From: Chloroflexota bacterium
GTDB lineage: Bacteria > Chloroflexota > UBA5177
DNA length: 64,000 nt
Reading direction: 5' to 3'
NCBI GenBank assembly: GCA_025449555.1
Contig: JANWJD010000084.1
Coordinates: 712-64,711, forward strand
Part shown: piece by piece, positions 56,124-64,000 of the stretch
Numbering within the stretch: the first letter of the stretch is position 1
Layout of the letters: each line of letters begins with the position of its first letter
Notes under the pieces: generated by a model
What the model saw: the letters and a program-made list of their open reading frames with translations, nothing else
Databases searched by the model: none
What the model was told of the DNA's origin: nothing
Made by a program: the position numbers and the translations under genes

Positions 56124-57079
56124 ACTCCTTCAGTGATAAGGGTTGGGGCTTGAATAAAAACAGGCTGAGACTCCGGAAGTTCGATCCGTGTCATAGCGGC
56201 AAGTGACGCATAGCGATCGGTCATCGACGCCTGATCGGCGCGCAGCAAGCCGCTCACGCTAAAGTCTTCCACGGCAAAACTTGCGACTACGCTTCCGAAT
56301 ACGACGGCTGCCTTGAGATCTTCGAGACTCGTGCTTCTCCGTCGATCGAGATAACCGATAAAGGCGCCGGCGAAGCTGTCGCCGGCCCCGGTAGTGTCTC
56401 GCACCTCCCAGGTAGGAAATGCAGGTACGAGAAAGATCTCTTCGCCGGCGAAAAGAATCGCCCCATATTCGCCGCGCTTCACCACCACATGGCGCGGCCC
56501 AAGGGCCAGAAGCTCGCGGGCGGCTTCGAGCACGTTGTATCGACCCGTGTACTCCCGAATCTCACCTTCGTTGATCAGGACGGTGTCGACCTTCCGGATC
56601 ACTTCGGTTAAAACATCGCGCTTCCCCTCGATCCAGAAGTTCATGGTATCGAGCGCGATGAGTTGTGGATTCCGCACCTGCTTGAGCACTTCCAATTGCA
56701 ACAGAGGGTCGATGTTACCGAGAAAGAGAAACCGCGCATCCCGATATTCCTCGGGAAGTGTCGGATGAAACGTCTCAAACACGTTCAGTCGGGTGTCCAG
56801 CGTGTGCGCGACGTTCATGTCGAAATCGTACTGGCCGACCCAGCGAAACGTCTCCCCGTGGCGCTGTTGCAAGCCTTGAAGGTCGACGCCGCGCCCTTCG
56901 AGCATCTCAATTCCGCTCGACGGGAAGTCGTCTCCCACCACGCCGACCAATTGCACTTCGGTGAACAGGCTCGCCGCGAGCGCAAAGTATACCGCCGTGC
57001 CGCCCAACGCCTCCTCGGCCCTTCCGAATGGCGTCTCGACAGTGTCGATCGCGATACTACCAACGACTAGACTCGTCAC
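56120..57079 (-). CDS. PfkB-family carbohydrate/nucleoside kinase
   Basis: VGSIAID, GGTA, DTMNFWI, KRGEYGA, DTTGAGDSFAG; ATGA overlap with ahcY. Confidence 0.93.
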   Translation of the reverse strand: MTSLVVGSIAIDTVETPFGRAEEALGGTAVYFALAASLFTEVQLVGVVGDDFPSSGIEMLEGRGVDLQGLQQRHGETFRWVGQYDFDMNVAHTLDTRLNVFETFHPTLPEEYRDARFLFLGNIDPLLQLEVLKQVRNPQLIALDTMNFWIEGKRDVLTEVIRKVDTVLINEGEIREYTGRYNVLEAARELLALGPRHVVVKRGEYGAILFAGEEIFLVPAFPTWEVRDTTGAGDSFAGAFIGYLDRRRSTSLEDLKAAVVFGSVVASFAVEDFSVSGLLRADQASMTDRYASLAAMTRIELPESQPVFIQAPTLITEGV

Positions 57080-57104
57080 AAATCCTCCTCCTCGTCATCA
57101 GCGC

Positions 57105-57275
57105 GCGGCCAAGGGGGTCAAAAGCCGTCGCGACGTACAGATTGTTCATTGCCCAGAGGCATGCTCTTGCGTCGGACTTCCTTCGGATTCCTGTCTAAAA
57201 AGCAATCAGCCGCAGCATGGGCCATTCAGGTCCACCTACGGCGACCCCACTCAAGACTTCCCAGCGGCGGCAAAA
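57105..57275 (-). ncRNA. Candidate 6S RNA (rod-shaped hairpin with central bubble)
   Basis: TATACT -10 upstream; nested pairings GGGGUC/GACCCC, GCCGU/ACGGC, bubble (CUGAAU / AAUGAACAAUCU), GCCCA/UGGGC, UGCU/AGCA, GCG/CGC, GAUU/AGUC, CUUU/GAAG. Ends approximate. Confidence 0.55.
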
Positions 57276-57346
57276 ACCAAGTAAGTATAGCGTGTCCGGG
57301 CGAACACGTCGAATGTCCATGGCGTTCTCAGGAACTCTTGACCTGG

Positions 57347-58429
57347 CTACCCAAATGCCGAGGGGCGTTCCCGCGCAGCTTTCGACCAATCGCGGGTAAA
57401 TGTGGTGACGGCACGTGCCACGGTTTCGCCTCGCACCAGTATCCCCACTTCCCTATTTAGATCGAGAGACGTCGGGCTCAGGTTCTCCGAACCCACGAAT
57501 GCGACCACTCCGTCGACCAGGAACATCTTGGCATGAATATACGGGTACCGTAGGGCGCGCGCGTCGACGCCGGCACGTAACAAAGCGGTAAGTCCGGGGC
57601 TTGCATAGCCGGAAGCGACCAGAATCTCGACACGCAGCCGTCGATGCAGCCTGATCAGTAAGGTATCGAGGGCAGGGTCTGCCACTTCCTCCGCATATAT
57701 TTGGATGGATCGTCGCGCGCGCTTCAGAAATGTAGTGAGGACGGGTCGCGAGTTTGGGGAGAGAACTAGGTCAGTGTTGTGGCGACCAAATGGAATGTGG
57801 TCCCAGTCGGAGCGAAAAACGTTGGAAAGGTCGTGTACGTCGCTGAAATCATGGTCGAGTACCAACAGTTCTCGGTTCGACTTGAACGCTGCCTGCGAGA
57901 AATTCGCTGTGGAGACGACTGCTAACCTGTCGTCGACCACGAGGAATTTTGCGTGCGTGAAGTAGTAGCGAAGCCACGTCCAACGCACCGCTACGCCCGC
58001 TGCGCGAAGGCCGGACGCCATCTGAGCCGGCTGATTTCCCATCCCAAAAGGACGAGGGTCAAGCAGGACGTAAACTGCTACGCCTTGGGCCGCGGCCCGT
58101 TCGAGCGCTCGCTCGATGCTGTGTTGGGTGAGAATGTATGCCTCGAGAAAGACGGTCCGGCTCGCCGCATCGATTGCGTGTGTAACGGGTTTCACCCCGT
58201 CCTGCGGTTCCACTACCAGCTTGGTGCCCGCGCGTCCGGCTCCTGGCGGTGTGACAACGCTGAGGAATCTTTGGTTCACCAGATTTCGCTTTATGGTGCG
58301 ACCCGTGCAACCGTTGAGTGCGAGAGCCAGACAGACGCACAGGGCTCCTCCGTGCCCCAACCACACCCGCCCCACCTTCGAATATCGACGGTGAGACTGG
58401 GTATTCGGGGTGTGAAACAATCGTGACAT
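57347..58429 (-). CDS. Phospholipase D-family (two HKD motifs) putative lipoprotein
   Basis: HAKFLVVD..STANFS and HAKMFLVD..GSEN; lipobox-like LALNGC. Start uncertain. Confidence 0.88.
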   Translation of the reverse strand: MSRLFHTPNTQSHRRYSKVGRVWLGHGGALCVCLALALNGCTGRTIKRNLVNQRFLSVVTPPGAGRAGTKLVVEPQDGVKPVTHAIDAASRTVFLEAYILTQHSIERALERAAAQGVAVYVLLDPRPFGMGNQPAQMASGLRAAGVAVRWTWLRYYFTHAKFLVVDDRLAVVSTANFSQAAFKSNRELLVLDHDFSDVHDLSNVFRSDWDHIPFGRHNTDLVLSPNSRPVLTTFLKRARRSIQIYAEEVADPALDTLLIRLHRRLRVEILVASGYASPGLTALLRAGVDARALRYPYIHAKMFLVDGVVAFVGSENLSPTSLDLNREVGILVRGETVARAVTTFTRDWSKAARERPSAFG

Positions 58430-58528
58430 GGTTGGAGTCGTCTTTACGGAACGCGTCCTGTCGCCATCTTCGTTCAATTTGACCGAGTACGGGAGGCGCT
58501 GGATTCCGACCGGCATGCTGCATCTCTC

Positions 58529-59257
58529 ATGACCATCTGGGCGATTGCGGATCTTCATGCTTCTCGACCCGATCCAGAATCGGGACGACCGACTAAACCG
58601 ATGGATGCATTCGGGCCGGCATGGGTGGACCACATGGATCGATTGGAGTCCGCCTGGCAAACGCGGATCAGTTCACGAGACACCGTGCTCATCGCGGGTG
58701 ACATCGACTGGGCACTCCATCTGAGAGACGCAGACTTCACGCTCGAAAGATTGGACGGGTGGAAAGGCAGAAAGATTCTGATCCGCGGAAACCACGATTA
58801 CTGGTGGTCCAGCAAGAGCACGAATCAGGTTCGGCGGATTCTTCCTCCCAGCATTCGACTCCTCCATAACGATTCCATCATGGCGGATGACGTGAACATT
58901 TGCGGCACGAAAGGATCCCCGATTCCCGGAGCCATCGACTGGTCGCCAGAAAACGAAAAACTATTACTTCGGGAGCTGCACCGGCTCCGGCTGAGCCTCG
59001 ATTCTCGGGCGCCGGAACTCGAGACGATTGCAGCCGTTCACTATCCGCCGATGTATGTGAATTCGGGGAGCAGTCCGTACAAGAACCTGCTGGAGGAGTA
59101 CCGGGTTGCCTGCTGTGTGTACGGGCATTTGCACGGGGAAGCGGCGTGCTCGGGTCCCCAGGGTCTCATTGACGGTGTCGTTTACTTCCTCGTAGCTGGA
59201 GATTATGTTAACTTCGAGCCGATACCGGTCTGGGATGGCGAGCCGATCGTCAGATAG
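58529..59257 (+). CDS. Calcineurin-like metallophosphoesterase
   Basis: IADLH, AGDIDWA, GNHDYWW, HYPP, YGHLHG. Confidence 0.92.
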   Translation: MTIWAIADLHASRPDPESGRPTKPMDAFGPAWVDHMDRLESAWQTRISSRDTVLIAGDIDWALHLRDADFTLERLDGWKGRKILIRGNHDYWWSSKSTNQVRRILPPSIRLLHNDSIMADDVNICGTKGSPIPGAIDWSPENEKLLLRELHRLRLSLDSRAPELETIAAVHYPPMYVNSGSSPYKNLLEEYRVACCVYGHLHGEAACSGPQGLIDGVVYFLVAGDYVNFEPIPVWDGEPIVR

Positions 59258-59410
59258 TCTGTTCCGACCAACGCCGGGAGGGAGCGGCGACAGCCACCGT
59301 TCGCCGACCTCAGGAGCGCCGTTGCAGCAAATCACTCGCAGTGGATGAATCGAGTCCGGCATTCTTCGAGGAACCCTCAGTGCGCGCAGTACACTTGGTC
59401 GTGATGTGCT

Positions 59411-59716
59411 ATGGACGCGAGTAGTGACTTCGGCGGCCCAGACTCGATGGATCGTCCCGAGCGACGTCTGGTCAATCCATACCTAGATGTGGCCGATGAA
59501 TATCACCCACCGGAAATCGCGAAATTCGAACTGGAAACCGATCCGTACCGGAACTTTCTCCCCGGCATTTCGAACGTCAATGCAGCAAAGACATTGGGAG
59601 GCGGACTGCAATCCGGGCGAGAAGGAAATCGGGTGCTTCTGGTGGTAAGTCTCCTCCTGGTCGCGGTGCTCATACTCCCGGCCATTGCGGCCGTCATTGC
59701 GCAGTTGTTCCATTGA
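59411..59716 (+). CDS. Hypothetical protein with C-terminal membrane anchor
   Basis: 101 aa, hydrophobic C-terminal helix, fills the gap before hemB. Confidence 0.55.
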   Translation: MDASSDFGGPDSMDRPERRLVNPYLDVADEYHPPEIAKFELETDPYRNFLPGISNVNAAKTLGGGLQSGREGNRVLLVVSLLLVAVLILPAIAAVIAQLFH

Positions 59717-59741
59717 TCAGCCCGACCGCTCGAACGTCGTC

Positions 59742-60722
59742 ATGAGCTACCCTGAATCTCGACCTCGGCGCCTTCGCGCCACTCCGGCGCTCCGTTTGCT
59801 CGTGAGGGAAACCGATCTTGTCCCTGGTCGGCTCATGTACCCCATCTTCGTGCAGCCCGGTCGGGACCGACGGGACGAAATCGCATCGATGCCCGGTCAA
59901 TTCCGCCTTTCGAGCGACTTGCTCCCGAAGCTCGCCCGTGACATTCGACAACTCGGCCTCGGGGGCCTGATGTTATTTGGATTGCCCGAGCACAAGGACG
60001 AAGTCGGATCAGAAGCTTATCGTTCCGACGGCATCGTGCAGGAAGCAGTGCAAATAATCAAAGACGCTGTGCCTGAACTTTTGGTTGCGACCGACACGTG
60101 TCTGGACGCGTACACAACTCACGGACACTGTGGCATTGTACGGGACGGGCGCGTGGACAATGACGCCACCCTCGAGTACCTGGCGCGGGTGGCCGTGAGC
60201 CAAGCACTGGCCGGTGCGGATATTGTCGCGCCTTCGGACATGATGGATGGCCGCGTGTTCGCTATTCGCAAGGCACTCGATGCAGAGGGCAAACAAGATG
60301 TGCCCATCATGTCGTATGCCGCGAAGTATTCGTCTGCCTTTTACGGTCCGTTCAGGGAAGCAGCCGACTGCGCTCCGCAGTTTGGTGATCGAAGGTCGTA
60401 CCAGATGGATCCATCGAACCGACGCGAAGCGATCCGGGAAATTGAGCTCGATCTCGAGGAGGGCGCTGACATCGTCATGGTGAAGCCTGCTTTACCGTAT
60501 CTCGATATAGTCCGCGACGTCCGCGCGAAATTCGATGCGCCGGTGGCAGCATACAACGTTAGCGGCGAATACGCCATGCTGAAGGCCGCGGCCGCTAATG
60601 GCTGGCTCGACGAACGAGCGTCCGTCCTGGAAACTATGACATCCATCCGACGAGCCGGAGCCGACATTATCCTGACGTATCACGCACCGGACGTTGCCAT
60701 GTGGCTATGTGATGCGAGCTAA
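59742..60722 (+). CDS. hemB: Porphobilinogen synthase (ALA dehydratase)
   Basis: [52 protein letters not shown]. Confidence 0.97.
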   Translation: MSYPESRPRRLRATPALRLLVRETDLVPGRLMYPIFVQPGRDRRDEIASMPGQFRLSSDLLPKLARDIRQLGLGGLMLFGLPEHKDEVGSEAYRSDGIVQEAVQIIKDAVPELLVATDTCLDAYTTHGHCGIVRDGRVDNDATLEYLARVAVSQALAGADIVAPSDMMDGRVFAIRKALDAEGKQDVPIMSYAAKYSSAFYGPFREAADCAPQFGDRRSYQMDPSNRREAIREIELDLEEGADIVMVKPALPYLDIVRDVRAKFDAPVAAYNVSGEYAMLKAAAANGWLDERASVLETMTSIRRAGADIILTYHAPDVAMWLCDAS

Positions 60723-60876
60723 GACGGCCGCTCGAACCAGTCGCTTTCCACGGCTCCATCGGATGCAACACCGGTCGATCTGGAATCCCGTCACCGGGCA
60801 CCGCCGGATCCAACGATCCGCCTCCACATTGCGTCTCTACAAGACCGGACATTAACATAAGTGACCAGATTTTAGG

Positions 60877-62907
60877 ATGGCACCGAGCGTACGAGAACCG
60901 TCACCGGCCGCGAGTCCCGAGCGGGTTAGGCGTGAAGAGCTAATACGCACTGCCACCCGACGTAGGGACTTTCCCCGCCGCGAAGCTCAACGTCGTCTTC
61001 AGCAAAAGGAGGCCCGGTGGGCGCCTATTGCCTATGGCTTTTTTCTCGTCGCGGTCGCACTTATCTTCTCGGTCACGTACACGACCTATGCATTCTCGAA
61101 GTATCGCGGCGTGATTCTTCCTTCCGTTTTCGTGGACAGGACAGCACTCAGTGGCATGACGTCTAGCCAGGCGTACAAAGAGATTGATGCGAAGTTGGCC
61201 GCCATATACGGTGTCCCGCTCCGCCTTCAGTTTCGAAATCACACCTGGGACCCGAAGCGTCAGGAGATCGGTCTTCAGTACGACATTCAAGGTACCGTGA
61301 ATGGAGCCGAAGCCATCGGTCGAGACGGTCCTTTCCTAAGTAATCTCATCGACCGTCTACCGATCCATCCCACCCACGAGGTCCCGCTGCTCTACAAACT
61401 GGATGAGGCAAAACTCGGCGCCTATCTCAACCACGTAGTAGCACCGGTCGTTTTCCATAAATCGGCCAATGCGGGCCTCGGAATCAGCCACACCACGTGG
61501 CACGTTGTCCTGTATCACAGCCATGCGGGCACGGAGCTTGACGTTGCGAATTCCGAACAGGTTGCTCATGATGCGCTGGGTTCGCTATCGAAGCAGGTGA
61601 AGACCCTCCAGGTGGTGCGGGTCCCCCCTGTAGTGACTGACGCCGACGCGCGGCAAGTCCAGACTCACGCGGAGGCGTTTCTCTCCAATCCGCCGGTTAT
61701 GCAAATCGGTAAACGCGTGTTCGTGGGATCGCGTTACTCGTTTGCCCGCATGATCCATTTCTCCACAAAACTAGGAAAGCACAGTGCGGCCATTCAGATG
61801 AATGTGGACTCAAATGAGATCCACTCGTACGTAGCGTGGCTCGCATATTTGGTAGACCGGAAACCTCAAAACGCTCGACTGGACTTTTCCGCCGGTCGAG
61901 TCACCCAAATCAAGGCCCGCAGAACTGGTCGCACCCTGGTCCAGGACACCGCGTATGCGAAGATACTGGCCGCGGTGACTGCTCTCAAGCCTACGGCGAG
62001 GCTCAGGCTTCCTATCGTCACGACCCAACCGCCGTTCGACCAAACCAATCCAGGCAGTCTCGGTATCACGACGCTCCTCGCCACCGGCAGTACCAGTTTC
62101 CAGGGGGCAAGCTCGGTGCGCACCGATGCGGTCAGCACGATAGCCGGCAACTTGAACAATGTCGTCGTCACACCCGGTGAAGACATCTCTTTCAATCAAC
62201 TGGTGCAGACGCCAATTGGCTGGGCGGATCAGGCGTATGCCGACAGTGAAGCCGGGACGGCGGGACAGCCGGTGCCCGGCGACGGCGGCGCCATGCAACA
62301 GGTCGCAACCACCTTCTTGCGAGCCTTCTATAAGTCCGGCCTGCAGCTCAAGGAGCGCCACGCCCATCGATTCCGTCTACCCTGGTACGAACCACCGTAC
62401 GGTTTCGACGCTCTCGTGAATCCGGCCCGATCCTGGGATCTCGTGTTCCACAACAATACCGGTAAGTACTTAATACTGCAAACCCGAGTCGAGCCGATCC
62501 GTCAAGAGCTGTTCATCTATGTGTTCGGCCCCAAACTTGGGTGGAAGGTGGCAGTCGATTCCTTCGGCCGTCTCACCAATGTCGTAAAACACGGGCCGCC
62601 TGTCGAACGAGTCGACCAGTCTCTTGCGCCGCAGGAGCGAAAACAGGTTGCCTGGGCCTCAGACGGCGGATCCACCGTTTTGCAACGAACCATCACCTTC
62701 GCCAATGGCAATGTCAAGGTCGACGAGATCGACACCACCTACGATCCGCGAGCGGCCGTCATGGCGATTGGACCTGCGGCCGCGACTGCTACCCCGATCC
62801 CCACTATCACGCCGACTCCATCGTCCAAAACCAAGACCAATGGGACGCCCGGTCCCTCGCTCACAACTACTCCCCAGCTCACGCCCAGTCCGACATTCAG
62901 CCATTAG
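60877..62907 (+). CDS. VanW-family membrane-anchored protein with PG_binding_4-like domains
   Basis: Single TM; ILPSVFVD..LSGMT; PGEDISFNQLV, GGAMQQVATT, ERHAH, DLVFHNNT; Thr/Pro-rich tail. Confidence 0.85.
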   Translation: MAPSVREPSPAASPERVRREELIRTATRRRDFPRREAQRRLQQKEARWAPIAYGFFLVAVALIFSVTYTTYAFSKYRGVILPSVFVDRTALSGMTSSQAYKEIDAKLAAIYGVPLRLQFRNHTWDPKRQEIGLQYDIQGTVNGAEAIGRDGPFLSNLIDRLPIHPTHEVPLLYKLDEAKLGAYLNHVVAPVVFHKSANAGLGISHTTWHVVLYHSHAGTELDVANSEQVAHDALGSLSKQVKTLQVVRVPPVVTDADARQVQTHAEAFLSNPPVMQIGKRVFVGSRYSFARMIHFSTKLGKHSAAIQMNVDSNEIHSYVAWLAYLVDRKPQNARLDFSAGRVTQIKARRTGRTLVQDTAYAKILAAVTALKPTARLRLPIVTTQPPFDQTNPGSLGITTLLATGSTSFQGASSVRTDAVSTIAGNLNNVVVTPGEDISFNQLVQTPIGWADQAYADSEAGTAGQPVPGDGGAMQQVATTFLRAFYKSGLQLKERHAHRFRLPWYEPPYGFDALVNPARSWDLVFHNNTGKYLILQTRVEPIRQELFIYVFGPKLGWKVAVDSFGRLTNVVKHGPPVERVDQSLAPQERKQVAWASDGGSTVLQRTITFANGNVKVDEIDTTYDPRAAVMAIGPAAATATPIPTITPTPSSKTKTNGTPGPSLTTTPQLTPSPTFSH

Positions 62908-62986
62908 AAGGCAGCTCCCGACTTCCGGACCGACCGAGGTTGGTAGACTGAAGCGCTTGAGTGTGTGCAAGCCATGAGGAAGTCCC

Positions 62987-63886
62987 GTGCCGTTTTCAAC
63001 CGCTAACCTGGCGTCTCTTTTGATCATCAAGATCGGACTCGATCCGGTTTTGGTTCGATTTGGACCTGTCTCCGTTCACTGGTATGGACTCATGTACGTG
63101 GTCGGCATCGCGGCAGGTTTGTACGTGGCGCTTCCATACGCGGAGCGACACGGTATATCGCGCGACCGAGCGTACGAAGTCTTCTGGCCCGTGCTCGTTG
63201 CCTGCCTGGTTGGTGGGCGTCTGTACTACGTCGTGCAGTCGAATCTTGGCTGGTACCTGCGCCATCCGCAGAATGTTCTCGCCACGTGGGAAGGGGGCAT
63301 GGCCTTTTACGGAGCGGTATTCCTCGGTCTTCCGGCGCTGTATCTGGCCGCGCGCAGAGTCGGTGCAAGCGTTCCGCTCTTGCTGGATGCCACGGCCCTT
63401 TTCATTCCCCTGGCCCAAGCATTCGGGAGAATCGGGAATCTGGTAAACGGTGACATCGTCGGCTACCCGAGTTCTGCTCCATGGGCGACTCAGTACACGA
63501 ATCCGAACAATACGTTCGTGCCGAGCCACGTAGTGGCGTATGCCCCGGCGGCATTTTTCGAACTGGTCTTCAGCGCGCTGTTATTTGGTGTGCTCTGGAG
63601 CCTGAAGGATCGCTTTCGGGTCCCGGGCACGTTGTTTGCTCTCTGGCTCGGTCTGTATTCACTCGGTCAATTCGTGCTCTTCTTCGCCCGGGCCAACTCC
63701 GTGGCGGCCTTTGGGCTCAAACAGGCACAATGGACTGCGTTGGTGGTGCTAGCCGTCGCGATACCAGCTTGGCTGCTCTGGCGACAGTATTTCGACCGCG
63801 AGTCGGATGCAGGACAGGTAGAGGGCGGAACGGCTCTTGACGAGAGCCGCGTCACGGTTTCCCCCTCAGCATCGCCCGGACACTAG
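62987..63886 (+). CDS. lgt: Prolipoprotein diacylglyceryl transferase
   Basis: GPVSVHWYGLMY, GGRLYYV, WEGGMAFYG, QAFGRIGNLVNGD..G. Confidence 0.93.
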   Translation: MPFSTANLASLLIIKIGLDPVLVRFGPVSVHWYGLMYVVGIAAGLYVALPYAERHGISRDRAYEVFWPVLVACLVGGRLYYVVQSNLGWYLRHPQNVLATWEGGMAFYGAVFLGLPALYLAARRVGASVPLLLDATALFIPLAQAFGRIGNLVNGDIVGYPSSAPWATQYTNPNNTFVPSHVVAYAPAAFFELVFSALLFGVLWSLKDRFRVPGTLFALWLGLYSLGQFVLFFARANSVAAFGLKQAQWTALVVLAVAIPAWLLWRQYFDRESDAGQVEGGTALDESRVTVSPSASPGH

Positions 63887-64000
63887 CGTTCGTATTGGGA
63901 AAGCGCGGATCGATTATGCCGTATGCCGCCAGTGCTCGTCTTTGATTCTACCGGTGTCGAGTAAATGTACGAGGTATTCAAGGCGGCAGATTTCAGGCCC

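Noticed and set aside
57081..57290. SAH riboswitch upstream of pfkB-ahcY
   Set aside because: No GAGGAGCG...CAGGCUC...CGCUC pattern; folds as one long rod instead.
96..63855. Numerous long antisense or alternate-frame ORFs in the track (e.g. 726-1211, 16829-17668, 28539-29267, 50341-51150)
   Set aside because: Shadow ORFs of well-supported genes, expected in GC-rich DNA; no motifs or RBS support.

Overview
GC-rich bacterial chromosomal window, most likely Chloroflexota. This is inferred from a bacterial translin homologue, DUF4446, a GAAC-N4-GTTC LexA box and the gene mix. It is mostly housekeeping: a MrfA/YprA-type helicase (truncated), pyrB, mnmG, ftsK, hpf, dgt, asnS, tRNA-Gln(CTG), glyA, lepB, selA, moeA, dnaE, rluB-cmk-der, pgm, pfkB-ahcY, hemB, a VanW protein and lgt. 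Accessory pieces are a thiol/metal cluster (DipZ-like, NrtS, DUF1326, DUF2182 fused to a P19/Tp34-like domain), a LexA-boxed SOS mutagenesis cassette (imuB-like, DUF6504, dnaE2; no imuA), two secreted HExxH metallopeptidases and an M16 peptidase pair. The most interesting unexplained signals are: (1) a DUF5343 winged-helix-like gene flanked on both sides by clusters of CAAGG/CCTTG palindromes, one overlapping the predicted dnaE -35 element; (2) GTAG-type REP palindromes, several recruited in-frame as large insertions inside ImuB and DnaE2; (3) a rod-shaped RNA with a central bubble (6S RNA candidate) ahead of pfkB-ahcY; (4) an A/C-rich, roughly 11-bp-phased AAACCC tract near the SOS promoter; (5) several small Zn-finger or antitoxin-like microproteins. 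All family calls come from motif recognition by eye; no searches were run. No CRISPR array, transposase or integrase was seen.
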